From Candidatus Magasanikiibacteriota bacterium (GTDB taxonomy: Bacteria; Patescibacteriota; Patescibacteriia; Magasanikbacterales; UBA922): a DNA stretch of 57,760 nt. The notes beneath the pieces were generated by a model. The model had not been told where the DNA came from. It saw nothing but the letters and a program-made list of their open reading frames with translations, and did no database searches. Shown in pieces: positions 31,500-41,006 of the stretch. The number at the start of each line of letters is the position of its first letter. The stretch's first letter is position 1. A program made the translations under genes and the position numbers. The DNA lies in NCBI GenBank assembly GCA_049287025.1, contig JBAQFA010000009.1:90802-148561 (forward strand), given 5' to 3'.

Positions 31500-32279
31500 A
31501 TGGAACCAATAAATTCTTCAGACTATATTCAATTAAAAAAACCATGGTATAAAACAGTTGGAGGAATATTTTTTTTGGTTATTATTGGTCTGATTGTGGT
31601 GGGGGTTGTTGGTTTTATGGCACTTTTTAGTTACTATAGTGTGCAGATTAAATATGGTGGTTTGGAAACTAAAGATAAATTGGATAAACAGTTTGGCTAT
31701 AATTTTACAGTGGATACTTCTCGTGCTAATGGGGCGCAAGGTAAAAATATAGTGACAGATTATGCAAAGTATACACGAGAGCATGATCCAGTATTTGGTA
31801 GTAATGAAGCTAAGGTGACAGTTCTAGCTTTTATAGATTTTGAATGTCAATATAGTCGGCAAGCTTACTTTGATTTTAAAAAGATGATGAATAAATATGA
31901 ACCTGTAATTAAAGTAATACATAAGGATTTTCCTCTTATAACTTTGAATCCAAATGCTTTATTAGCGGCTGAGGCAGGCAGATGTGCACATGGGCAAGGA
32001 GTTTTTTGGCCGTATCATGATTTGGTTTTTCAATCAACTGAATTAAATAAAAATGTATTTTTATCTTTAGCCAAAAATTTGCAATTAGACGAAAGTATTT
32101 TTTCCACTTGTTTAGATTCGGGAAAATATATAATTAATATTGACGAAGATATCTCTGATGCTACTATTTTGGGGGTGAGAGGCACTCCAACTTATTTTGT
32201 AAATGGGGTTAGATTTGAGGGGGTTTTGAGTTTAGAAGATTGGGATAAAATAATTTTATCTTTTTTAAATAATAAATAG
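31500..32279 (+). CDS. DsbA-family thioredoxin-fold protein with a CxxS active site, N-terminal TM anchor
   Basis: VLAFIDFECQYSRQAY (C-Q-Y-S where DsbA has CxxC), GRCAHGQGVFWPYHD, GVRGTPTYFVNG (cis-Pro loop). Confidence 0.7.
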   Translation: MEPINSSDYIQLKKPWYKTVGGIFFLVIIGLIVVGVVGFMALFSYYSVQIKYGGLETKDKLDKQFGYNFTVDTSRANGAQGKNIVTDYAKYTREHDPVFGSNEAKVTVLAFIDFECQYSRQAYFDFKKMMNKYEPVIKVIHKDFPLITLNPNALLAAEAGRCAHGQGVFWPYHDLVFQSTELNKNVFLSLAKNLQLDESIFSTCLDSGKYIINIDEDISDATILGVRGTPTYFVNGVRFEGVLSLEDWDKIILSFLNNK

Positions 32280-32285
32280 TTTTTT

Positions 32286-33815
32286 ATGCGTCCTATTTTG
32301 AATAAAATACTTCTATTTAGTTTCTTATTGTCTTTATTGTTTGTTAAACCAGTGTTTGCCCAGCTTGATCAAAGATGTTGGACTGAAAAGGAATGTACAG
32401 GTAGAAGGGCTGAAATGGAAATTAGTGCAACTGCCAAAGAAATAAAAGAAGGTTTTATTGCTAATACGGAAACAATTGAAGCTTGTGGTGATGAAGACCT
32501 GCAAGGTAACAAGTTGGGGTTTTGTCTGCCAGCTGGTCAAGCTCATACAGCTATATCTTTTAATAATCAAAATACTTTTACTAATATTGGTGATTTTATA
32601 CAAAAGATGTATGTTTATATAATTTATATTGCCAGTGGTTTGGCGGTAGTAATTTTAATTGTATCTGGGTTTACTTGGATGGCTTCTGGTGGAAATCAGG
32701 AAAAAATAGGTAGTAGTCAAAAGAGAATTGCTGGAGCTTTGATGGGTCTTTTTTTGGCTATTATGGCTTATTCTATTTTGGATTACATAAATCCCTATTT
32801 ATTAAATTTACGTTTACCCCAGACTTGGTTGATAAATGGTTCTGGTTTGGCTCCAACTTTTTGTGATCAATTAGAACCAAGTGCAGAAGTGGCACTTTAT
32901 AAAAATAAACCAATTATTAATCCAAGCATGACCGAGTCAGAAAAATTGGCAGCAAGTAAAAAACAGATTTCTGAATTTAATAAATTGACTGGTGGTGACT
33001 ATACTGTAAAATCTGAAACACCAACTTTGTGTGGTCAAGAATATTTTGTAAAAGATACTCCAGCCTTGGCTTGTAAAGGTACTGTTTGTGCAAAAAAAGG
33101 TGAGATGTGTCTACCATTTAGTGTAGACGGTGAAGGAAATAAATCTGATGTAGGAGTGTGTCGCAAGGCTGATCTGGTTTTGCATTATAAAATATCATCT
33201 TTTTTACAGAGTATTTTAGAAAATATGAGTTTTGCTGGTTTAGTAACACTTAAAGCAGAAACAGATTGGCTGGATGATGATATTTTTGAAATTTATGGAA
33301 TTTGTCAGCAAGAGAAAGGTACTGATTATAAAATTAGTACTTACACAGTATTGAACTGGGATGACAATACAAAATGTTACAAAATTCCAAAGGAAAATGA
33401 CCTGAGTGAATATTTGTGTGTTTTAACCGGGTTTGATACTATTTTAAATAGTAGTCATTTTCAAGATACCGAAGAAAAAAAGAGTGGTTGGTGGGCCTGT
33501 CAGGAAGGTTATAAGAGAGTAGGACTTTTATTAAAAAATGAATTAGGTGAAGACTGGGCATGGACTGATATTAATTTTGTTGTGGGTATGTTGGATGGTT
33601 CACAATATGCAGCTGTAGGTCCATTTGGTCAAGGTGTGGATTATAATAATTTTATTCCGTTCGAAGAATTATCAAAAGGAGTTTATCTAGATGTAATTTT
33701 GTCTGATAAAACTTTGTTAAATGTTTCTAATTATAAAAGCACTAGTCCTGGCAACTATAGTTTTTCAGAAGATCAAAAAGCAGATTTTATGAATTCAGTT
33801 GATCCTATTATATAA
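32286..33815 (+). CDS. Secreted/membrane Cys-rich protein: N-terminal two-TM 'pilin-like' (TrbC/VirB2-like) module plus a ~330-aa Cys-rich extension
   Basis: Signal peptide, CWTEKEC, CLPAGQ, then TM-GFTWMASGGNQEKIGSSQKRIAGALMGLFLAIMAYSILDYINPYL. This resembles small pilin-annotated CPR proteins as I recall them. 20+ Cys overall. Confidence 0.4.
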   Translation: MRPILNKILLFSFLLSLLFVKPVFAQLDQRCWTEKECTGRRAEMEISATAKEIKEGFIANTETIEACGDEDLQGNKLGFCLPAGQAHTAISFNNQNTFTNIGDFIQKMYVYIIYIASGLAVVILIVSGFTWMASGGNQEKIGSSQKRIAGALMGLFLAIMAYSILDYINPYLLNLRLPQTWLINGSGLAPTFCDQLEPSAEVALYKNKPIINPSMTESEKLAASKKQISEFNKLTGGDYTVKSETPTLCGQEYFVKDTPALACKGTVCAKKGEMCLPFSVDGEGNKSDVGVCRKADLVLHYKISSFLQSILENMSFAGLVTLKAETDWLDDDIFEIYGICQQEKGTDYKISTYTVLNWDDNTKCYKIPKENDLSEYLCVLTGFDTILNSSHFQDTEEKKSGWWACQEGYKRVGLLLKNELGEDWAWTDINFVVGMLDGSQYAAVGPFGQGVDYNNFIPFEELSKGVYLDVILSDKTLLNVSNYKSTSPGNYSFSEDQKADFMNSVDPII

Positions 33816-33822
33816 AATTTTT

Positions 33823-36657
33823 ATGAAAAATGATTCAATAATTATCAAGAACGCCAAGGTTCATAATTTGAAAGGCGTTTCTCTAGAAATACCAAAAAAT
33901 AAATTAACAGTGATTACAGGACTTTCCGGCTCAGGGAAGTCCTCTTTGGCATTTGATACTATCTATGCCGAAGGCCAAAGGCGTTATGCCGAGAGTTTAT
34001 CATCTTATGCTCGGCAATTTATGGATGTGCAAGACAGACCAAATGTGGATGAAATAAGGGGTTTATCGCCGACAATAGCGATTGATCAAAAAAGTGTTTC
34101 CCAAAATCCCCGTTCCACTGTGGGAACAGTGACTGAAATTTATGATCATTTACGTCTTCTTTTTTCTCGCATGGGTGTACAGTATTGTCCAGATTGCAAT
34201 TTACCAGTAAAAAGTTTTTCCATTGGAGAAATTTCTGAAGCAGTAAGAAGTTTGGCCCGTAAGAGTTCGGAATTAATTATTTTGGCTCCAGTCGTAAAAG
34301 GTAAAACTGTCAAAGCCAAAGATTTGCTGTCTCACTTGGAACAAACTGGTTATGAAAGTGTGCGTTTGAATGGTATAATTATGAAAATGTTGGAATTGGC
34401 CAAATATAAATTTGATGTGGAAAAAAATTATACTGTAGAATTATTAATTGGAAAAATAACTGATATTAAAAAACAAGATGTGGTGGTATTGGTTGATAAA
34501 GCAATTGATTTGTCAAATGGTGAGATCGTGGTTTTGGATGAAGATAGTGGGGAAGAATATTATTATTCTACAGAGCCGGTTTGTCGAGGGTGTAATCGCC
34601 AGTTTAATCCAGTCGAGCCACGGAGTTTTAGTTTTAATAGTCCATATGGTGCTTGTCCCCGTTGTACTGGTTTAGGTCGGACATTAGACGTTGATCCAGA
34701 ATTAGTTATTCCTAATCCTCGCCTGACTTTGGCCGAAGGTGCGATTCAACCCTGGACGAGAATTGTGGGTAATCAAACTTTTTATCAAAAATTATTAGTA
34801 GAAGTGGCCAAGACCCAGGGTTTTTCGATTGATACTCCTGTTAAAGATTTGCCAAAAGAAGTAATGGATATTTTATTTTTTGGGACCGATGGTACAGTTT
34901 ATACTGTTGATAATAAAAAAATTAATTTTGAAGGCATAGTGCCCAATCTTACCCAGCGTCATGCTGAGACAGATTCTGATTACATTAGAAAAGAAATTGA
35001 ACAGTACATGAAAGAAAAAGTTTGTCCGTCTTGTAATGGAAAAAGATTAAAAAATGAATCTTTGTTTGTAAAGGTTGGTGATCATTCTATTGCCGACATG
35101 GTGGAGATGAGTGTAGAAGAGGCTGGTGAATTTTTTAAAGAATTGCAAAATGTTAAAAGTAAAATGCAAAGTCAGTTTTCTAAGACGGATTTGCTGATTG
35201 CTTTACCAATTGCCAAAGAAATCAGCAAGAGACTAGAAGATTTATTAAGAGTAGGTTTGTATTATCTTACTTTAGATCGGTCAGTTAGTACTCTGTCTGG
35301 TGGTGAAGGTCAGCGTGTGCGTTTGTCTACCCAGCTTTCTACTGGTTTGACTGGAGTAATTTATATTTTGGATGAACCATCAATCGGTTTGCATCCTAGA
35401 GATAATGATAAATTAATTACCACTCTAAAAACTTTGCGCGATCAGGGTAATACAGTCATCGTTGTTGAACATGACAGCGCGATGATGGAAGCCGCGGATT
35501 TTGTGGTGGATGTTGGTCCAGGCGCTGGTGAATACGGTGGAGAAATTATGGCGACTGGTACAGCGGCACAAATAAAAAAGAGTCCAAAATCTTTGACTGG
35601 AAGATACTTGACTGGTAAAGAAAAAATTGATATTCCAAAAAAATTACATAAGGGCAATGGCAAGAGTATAGAAATTATTGGTGCCAAAGCTTTTAATTTG
35701 AAAAATATTGATGTTAAGATTCCTTTAGGACAATTGCTCTGTGTAACAGGTGTGTCTGGTTCTGGTAAGTCAACTCTGATTACAGAAATTCTAGGAAAAG
35801 CTTTGAATCAACATTTTTATCGGGCCAAGGCCGAGCCAGCCGAGCACAAAAAAATAAAAGGTTTATCTAATATTGATAAGGTGATTGTGATTGATCAAAC
35901 ACCGATTGGTAGAACACCTCGTTCCAATCCAGCCACTTATACTGGTGTGTTTAGTGCCATTAGAGATTTGTTTACGGCTGTGCCAGAAGCCAAGATGCGT
36001 GGTTATGATGCGGGTAAATTTAGTTTCAATGTCAAAGGTGGCGGTAGATGTGAAGCGTGTGCAGGCGAGGGTTATGTTCGGATCCCAATGCAATTTTTAT
36101 CAGACGTATTTGTAGAGTGTCCCGAATGCAAAGGCAAGAGATATAATCAAGAAGCTTTGGAAATTCATTACCGGGGTAAAGATATTGCAGATGTGTTAGA
36201 TATGACAGTAGAAGAATCATATAGATTTTTTCGCGACACTCCAGCCATTGCCGACAAATTGCAAATCTTGCGTGATGTCGGTCTTAGTTATGTTCATCTG
36301 GGTCAGCCAGCGACAACATTGTCTGGTGGTGAGGCCCAACGGGTAAAATTAGCTACCGAATTAGCGCGTCGGGCTACTGGCAAAACATTGTATATTTTGG
36401 ATGAACCAACGACCGGTTTACATTTTGAAGATATTAAAAAATTATTACACGTCTTGAATCAGTTGGTAGAAAAAGGTAATTCAGTTTTAATTATTGAACA
36501 TAATTTGGATGTGATCAAATGTGCGGATTGGATTATTGATTTGGGACCAGAGGGTGGTAAAAAAGGGGGAGAAGTCGTGGCTCAGGGTACACCAAAGGAT
36601 GTAGTAAAGGTGAAAAAAAGTTTGACTGGGTTTTATCTTAAGAAAGTTTTGAAGTAA
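33823..36657 (+). CDS. uvrA: Excinuclease ABC subunit A
   Basis: Two ABC modules (GLSGSGKSSLAFDTIYAEGQRRY; GVSGSGKSTL; LSGGE.QRVKLA), Zn modules (CPDC, CRGC...CPRC, CEAC...CPEC). Confidence 0.95.
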   Translation: MKNDSIIIKNAKVHNLKGVSLEIPKNKLTVITGLSGSGKSSLAFDTIYAEGQRRYAESLSSYARQFMDVQDRPNVDEIRGLSPTIAIDQKSVSQNPRSTVGTVTEIYDHLRLLFSRMGVQYCPDCNLPVKSFSIGEISEAVRSLARKSSELIILAPVVKGKTVKAKDLLSHLEQTGYESVRLNGIIMKMLELAKYKFDVEKNYTVELLIGKITDIKKQDVVVLVDKAIDLSNGEIVVLDEDSGEEYYYSTEPVCRGCNRQFNPVEPRSFSFNSPYGACPRCTGLGRTLDVDPELVIPNPRLTLAEGAIQPWTRIVGNQTFYQKLLVEVAKTQGFSIDTPVKDLPKEVMDILFFGTDGTVYTVDNKKINFEGIVPNLTQRHAETDSDYIRKEIEQYMKEKVCPSCNGKRLKNESLFVKVGDHSIADMVEMSVEEAGEFFKELQNVKSKMQSQFSKTDLLIALPIAKEISKRLEDLLRVGLYYLTLDRSVSTLSGGEGQRVRLSTQLSTGLTGVIYILDEPSIGLHPRDNDKLITTLKTLRDQGNTVIVVEHDSAMMEAADFVVDVGPGAGEYGGEIMATGTAAQIKKSPKSLTGRYLTGKEKIDIPKKLHKGNGKSIEIIGAKAFNLKNIDVKIPLGQLLCVTGVSGSGKSTLITEILGKALNQHFYRAKAEPAEHKKIKGLSNIDKVIVIDQTPIGRTPRSNPATYTGVFSAIRDLFTAVPEAKMRGYDAGKFSFNVKGGGRCEACAGEGYVRIPMQFLSDVFVECPECKGKRYNQEALEIHYRGKDIADVLDMTVEESYRFFRDTPAIADKLQILRDVGLSYVHLGQPATTLSGGEAQRVKLATELARRATGKTLYILDEPTTGLHFEDIKKLLHVLNQLVEKGNSVLIIEHNLDVIKCADWIIDLGPEGGKKGGEVVAQGTPKDVVKVKKSLTGFYLKKVLK

Positions 36658-36733
36658 AGCATTGATTTCACCCGCCTGCTATAGCTTAGCATTGCGGGCA
36701 GGCTGGTTTACTAAAAGATTACACTGATAAGAA
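36658..36733 (+). repeat. REP/MITE-like element, copy 3 of 4
   Basis: (TAA)AGCATTGATTTCACCCGCCTGC...GCGGGCAGGCTGG...AAAGATTACACTGATAAG. Confidence 0.75.
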
Positions 36734-36762
36734 ATAATATTTGTTTAATTCTATAATTTTTT

Positions 36763-37185
36763 ATGAATGAAATATTGCTTACAGTAGATTCTGTAGTGAT
36801 AATTAATAATGAAAAAATATTATTAATCAAACGTGCCAAAGAACCGTTCATGGAAAAGTATGCTTTTCCTGGTGGTCATGTTGATTTAGATGATATTGAT
36901 ACTAAATCTGCTTGTGCGCGTGAACTACAAGAAGAAACAGGCTTGAAAGTTAATCCAGAAGATTTGGAGTTTTTAATTATTTTAGATGAATTAAATCGTG
37001 ATCCACGTCCAGGGAGAAGAATTTCTATTGTTTACAAAATTAATTTACCATCAGAAGATTTGTTAAAGGATTGTAAAGCCGACAGTGATGCCAAAGAGTT
37101 AATTATAAAGAATATTGATGAATTGAAACCAGATGATATGGCGTTTGATCATTGGAAAGTGATTGAGATATTAAAAAACCGCTAG
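36763..37185 (+). CDS. NUDIX hydrolase
   Basis: Nudix box [25 protein letters not shown]. Confidence 0.85.
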   Translation: MNEILLTVDSVVIINNEKILLIKRAKEPFMEKYAFPGGHVDLDDIDTKSACARELQEETGLKVNPEDLEFLIILDELNRDPRPGRRISIVYKINLPSEDLLKDCKADSDAKELIIKNIDELKPDDMAFDHWKVIEILKNR

Positions 37186-37197
37186 TCAGCGGTTTTT
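37174..37197. terminator. Bidirectional terminator containing both convergent stop codons
   Basis: AAAAACCGC-TAGTCA-GCGGTTTTT. The NUDIX TAG (37183-85) and the hisIE stop (complement of 37182-84) overlap in CTAG. Confidence 0.75.
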
Positions 37198-37751
37198 CTT
37201 TTTTCAATCTCTTTAAAAACATCTTCCAACTTAATATTTTTTTTATTCAGCAAAACAAAGAGGTGATAAATCAAATCCACAGTTTCTTCAATTAAACGTT
37301 TTTTGGTTTCACGAATTGAAGCGTTTATTACCTCAGTAGTTTCTTCCATTATTTTACCAATAATTTTATTTATACCACCTTTAAATAAACTAGTAGTGTA
37401 AGAATTTTTGGGTAGATTATTTTTTCTATTTTCTATGGTAGTAAATAATTCAATTAAGGGATTGATTACAGGTTTTTCTTTAAAACATGAATAACTGCCA
37501 GTGTGGCAGGTTGGGCCAGCTGGTTTTACTTTTATAAGAATGGCATCTTTATCACAATCAAAGTTTAAACTTTTTACTAATAAATAATTTTTACTAGTTT
37601 CACCTTTTTGCCAGAGACGTTTTTTGGAACGACTATAAAACCAAACTTTGTTTGTTTTCTTAGTTTTTTTTAAAGCTTCATTATTCATGTAGCCTAACAT
37701 TAGTACTGTGTTGGTACTTTCGTCTTGGATAATGGCAGGAATTAGTTTCAT
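37182..37751 (-). CDS. hisIE: Bifunctional phosphoribosyl-AMP cyclohydrolase / phosphoribosyl-ATP pyrophosphatase
   Basis: HisI part: [20 protein letters not shown]......FYSRSK.RLW.KGETS...DCD.DAIL..V...GP.CHTG..SCF. HisE part: the C-terminal ~90 aa (EETTEV..A...). Confidence 0.85.
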   Translation of the reverse strand: MKLIPAIIQDESTNTVLMLGYMNNEALKKTKKTNKVWFYSRSKKRLWQKGETSKNYLLVKSLNFDCDKDAILIKVKPAGPTCHTGSYSCFKEKPVINPLIELFTTIENRKNNLPKNSYTTSLFKGGINKIIGKIMEETTEVINASIRETKKRLIEETVDLIYHLFVLLNKKNIKLEDVFKEIEKRKTAD

Positions 37752-37820
37752 ATTCGGACATTAATATTATTTTTGTTTAATTAATTTTTGTAGCATTGAT
37801 TAAAACAGATTTAAATTGAT

Positions 37821-39296
37821 TTATAAACGTATGTTAGTTGTGTTTTTTGCTAGATATTTTTTTAAATCTTTAATTTTCAATCTTCCACTATGAAATAAAC
37901 TGGCAGCTAAGACGGCGTCAGCTCGACCATTAATAAAAACATTTCTAAAATCACTTAATTTTCCGGCTCCACCAGAGGCAATAACAGGAATATTTATTGT
38001 TGCTGTAATCTGCCTTAGAAGATTATTATCAAAGCCAGTCTTGGTGCCATCACGATCAATGGCAGTTAATAGTATTTCCCCGGCGCCAAGCTTTTCTACT
38101 TGTTGTACCCAATCTAGAACTTTTAATTTGGTTTTTGTGTTTCCACTATTAATATAGACATAATAGTCATTACCAATTTTTTTAGCATCAATCGCCACGA
38201 CAATACACTGAGACCCAAATTTTTTACTAGCTTCCCTAATCAATTTAGGATTTAAAACTCCGGCTGTATTAATCGCAATTTTGTCAGCGCCGGCTTTTAA
38301 TACCGCTTTAATATCTTTGATTGATTTAATGCCCCCACCCACAGTAAAAGGAATAAAGATATTTTTAGCAATTTTTTCCACCATTGAACATAGAGTTTTT
38401 CTTTTTTCTAAGGTAGCAGTGATATCTAAGAATACTAATTCATCCGCGCCAGCATTAGCATATTTTTTTGCCAATTCAACAGGGTCACCAGCAAAAGTAA
38501 GATTTTTAAATTTTATGCCTTTTACTACTTGATCATTTTTTACATCTAAACAGGGAATAATCCGTTTGGCTAGATTATTGGCTACTTTAGTTAATTTAAG
38601 TGCTTTAATTAAGTTGATTTTATTTTCATACAAGGCTTTGCCAATAATACAACCATAGAATTTTTGGGTTTGTAATTTTTTGATTGTATTTATATTGGAC
38701 ACCCCGCCAGAGATTATCACATTGAAACCTAGGGCTTGGAGTTTTTTGATTGGTTCTAGGTTTGGACTTGAAAGCATACCATCACGAGAAATGTCAGTGC
38801 AAATTATTTCTCTAATTCCAAGTTTTTTTAATTTTTTAGCTAGTGATAAATAATTTTGTTTGTTAGTTATTTGCCAGCCGTTAGTAGCAATTTTATTTTT
38901 ATTTAGATCCAGACTAATAATTATTCGTTGACTTCCGTATTCATTAACAAGTTTTTTTATTAATTCTAAATTTTGGATTAGACTGGTACCGAGAATAATT
39001 TTATCAACCCCAAAATCTAAATAGGCTTTAACGGTTTTTAGATTTCTTATGCCACCACCAACTTCAAGAATAACTTGGGTAGCTTGTCGGATTTTTTTAA
39101 TAATAGTGAAATTTATTGGTTTGCCAGTTTTAGCACCATCTAGATCTACAAGGTGTAATCTGGTGGCGCCAGCTTGGGTAAACTGTTTGGCAATTTTTAT
39201 TGGATCAATGGAATATTTTTTGACTAAATTAAAATTGCCCTGAGTCAAGCGGACACATTTACCATTCATAATGTCAATTGCTGGGATGATTAACAT
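37821..39296 (-). CDS. hisA/hisF: Fused HisA (ProFAR isomerase) - HisF (IGP synthase cyclase subunit)
   Basis: Residues 1-~237 carry IIPAIDIMNGKCVRLTQG, LHLVDLDGA, VGGGIR, TDISRDGML and SGGV (HisA). Residues ~245-491 carry RIIPCLDVKNDQVVKG, GADELVFLDITA, FTVGGGI, GADKIAINTA, GSQCIVVAID, GAGEILLTAIDRDGT and VIASGGAG (HisF). It is one uninterrupted 491-aa ORF. Confidence 0.85.
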   Translation of the reverse strand: MLIIPAIDIMNGKCVRLTQGNFNLVKKYSIDPIKIAKQFTQAGATRLHLVDLDGAKTGKPINFTIIKKIRQATQVILEVGGGIRNLKTVKAYLDFGVDKIILGTSLIQNLELIKKLVNEYGSQRIIISLDLNKNKIATNGWQITNKQNYLSLAKKLKKLGIREIICTDISRDGMLSSPNLEPIKKLQALGFNVIISGGVSNINTIKKLQTQKFYGCIIGKALYENKINLIKALKLTKVANNLAKRIIPCLDVKNDQVVKGIKFKNLTFAGDPVELAKKYANAGADELVFLDITATLEKRKTLCSMVEKIAKNIFIPFTVGGGIKSIKDIKAVLKAGADKIAINTAGVLNPKLIREASKKFGSQCIVVAIDAKKIGNDYYVYINSGNTKTKLKVLDWVQQVEKLGAGEILLTAIDRDGTKTGFDNNLLRQITATINIPVIASGGAGKLSDFRNVFINGRADAVLAASLFHSGRLKIKDLKKYLAKNTTNIRL

Positions 39297-39877
39297 AATT
39301 TACAAAAATTATTTAATAATTTTAAACCAACGTCACCAGATTTTTCAGGGTGAAATTGCGTGGCATAAAAATTGTTTTTATTTATAATTGTTGGGTATTC
39401 AATATCATAGCTGGTTGTTCCAATAACATATTTGTTTTCAGCCTTGAAATAATAAGAGTGGACAAAATAAAAATAACTATTATTTTGTATGCCTTGCGTT
39501 AGGAGTGATGATTTAGTTAGTTTTACTTTATTCCAACCAATTTGTGGAGTCTTAACTTCTTCGGAAAATTTTATTACTGTGCCCGGGATAATATTTAAGC
39601 ATTTTGTATTATCTTCTTCAGAAGATGTGGCCAATATTTGCAATCCCAGACAAATTCCCAGAAAGGGGACTGAAGTGTTTTTAATTACATCAATCAGCCC
39701 CGCTTTCTTTAATTCATTCATGGCTTGGCCAGCTCGACCTTGCCCAGGAAAAATAATTTTATCAGCTTGTTTTATTACATTTTTGTCAGAAGTAATTACA
39801 TAATCTATGCCTAATTGGTTTAGGGCATTGGCAACTGAGGTGATGTTTCCAGCTTGGTAATTAATAATAGCGATCAT
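39290..39877 (-). CDS. hisH: IGP synthase glutamine amidotransferase subunit
   Basis: IAIINYQAGNITSV, FPGQGRAG, catalytic GICLGLQIL, HSYY, QFHPEKS. The start was taken at 39877; the longer ORF reads into REP copy 4. Confidence 0.85.
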   Translation of the reverse strand: MIAIINYQAGNITSVANALNQLGIDYVITSDKNVIKQADKIIFPGQGRAGQAMNELKKAGLIDVIKNTSVPFLGICLGLQILATSSEEDNTKCLNIIPGTVIKFSEEVKTPQIGWNKVKLTKSSLLTQGIQNNSYFYFVHSYYFKAENKYVIGTTSYDIEYPTIINKNNFYATQFHPEKSGDVGLKLLNNFCKLC

Positions 39878-39878
39878 A

Positions 39879-39945
39879 AACATTGATTTCCTGCCTGCGC
39901 AGGCAGGCACTGATTAATTAATGGATTTCACAGATAATAATTGTG
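39879..39945 (+). repeat. REP/MITE-like element, copy 4 of 4, inside the his operon
   Basis: AAACATTGATTTCCTGCCTGCGCAGGCAGGCACTGATTAATTAATGGATTTCACAGATAAT. Its first 31 nt are identical to the corresponding stretch of copy 2. Confidence 0.85.
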
Positions 39946-39959
39946 ATATATTAAATGAA

Positions 39960-41006
39960 TTATAGATTTCCTTTTGTACTGGGTATCTGATTTTTTATGC
40001 GTGGATCAATTTCAACGGCTTGACGTAGGGCTCTACCAAAACATTTAAAAATCGCTTCTGCCATGTGGTGTTCATTCCGGCCGTAACGAAGATTGATGTG
40101 GATGGTGGCTTGTAGACTATTGGCAAAAGCGCGGAAAAAATCTTCAAATAATTCGGTCGGCATGTCCCCAATTTTTTCTCTTTTAAATTTTGCATTCCAA
40201 ACTAGAAATGGACGCCCGCTCAAATCAATGGCTACTTCTGCCAATGCTTCATCCATGGGTAATAAAAATCCATAACGATTTATACCTTTTTTGTCCGTCA
40301 GAGCTTTGTTTATAATAGTTCCTAAAACTAAACCAACATCTTCTACTGTGTGGTGTTCATCAACAGGTAAATCTCCAATACATTTTATAGTTAGATCAAT
40401 TAAAGAATTTTTGGCAATTTGTTCTAGCATGTGGTCAAAGAATTTTATGCCAGTTTGGATATCATAATTATCTTGTCCGTCTAGATTAATTTGAACTGTT
40501 ATTTTTGTTTCTGTAGTTATTCGTTCCAATTGGGTCAGGCGAGGAAAACTACTATTAGTTTTGGCTTGATAGAATTTTATGCCAAGGTTTTCAGCAAATT
40601 GTTTGTCAGAATCTCTATCGCCAATCATAAAAGATCTTTCAATATTCATTGGTTTAGCCAATAAAAATTCTTTAATCAGGCCAATTTTTGGTTTTCGGCA
40701 AGAGCAATTGTCATTTGGTAAGTGTGGACAAATAAATATTCTATAAAATTTTATCTTTTCTTTTTTAAGTTTATCTAATAATCTATTTTGGACTAAATCA
40801 AAATCAGCGCGCGGGAAACTGGTTGTGCCCAAACCATCTTGGTTGGAGATCATGATTAATTTATAGTTGTTAGTTATTAGTTGTTTTAGACCGGTGAGGA
40901 CATTATCAAGAATTTTTAGTTTATCTAAAGAGTCAATTTGCTTTGTATCTGGCGGTTCATAAATCATAGTGCCATCGCGGTCTATAAAAGCGTATTTGTT
41001 CAACAT
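39960..41006 (-). CDS. hisB: Bifunctional histidinol-phosphatase / imidazoleglycerol-phosphate dehydratase
   Basis: N-terminal HAD-like FIDRDGT...ISNQDG...C.C.RKP. C-terminal IGPD motifs HHTVEDVGLVLG and GRNEHHMAEAIFK. Confidence 0.85.
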   Translation of the reverse strand: MLNKYAFIDRDGTMIYEPPDTKQIDSLDKLKILDNVLTGLKQLITNNYKLIMISNQDGLGTTSFPRADFDLVQNRLLDKLKKEKIKFYRIFICPHLPNDNCSCRKPKIGLIKEFLLAKPMNIERSFMIGDRDSDKQFAENLGIKFYQAKTNSSFPRLTQLERITTETKITVQINLDGQDNYDIQTGIKFFDHMLEQIAKNSLIDLTIKCIGDLPVDEHHTVEDVGLVLGTIINKALTDKKGINRYGFLLPMDEALAEVAIDLSGRPFLVWNAKFKREKIGDMPTELFEDFFRAFANSLQATIHINLRYGRNEHHMAEAIFKCFGRALRQAVEIDPRIKNQIPSTKGNL

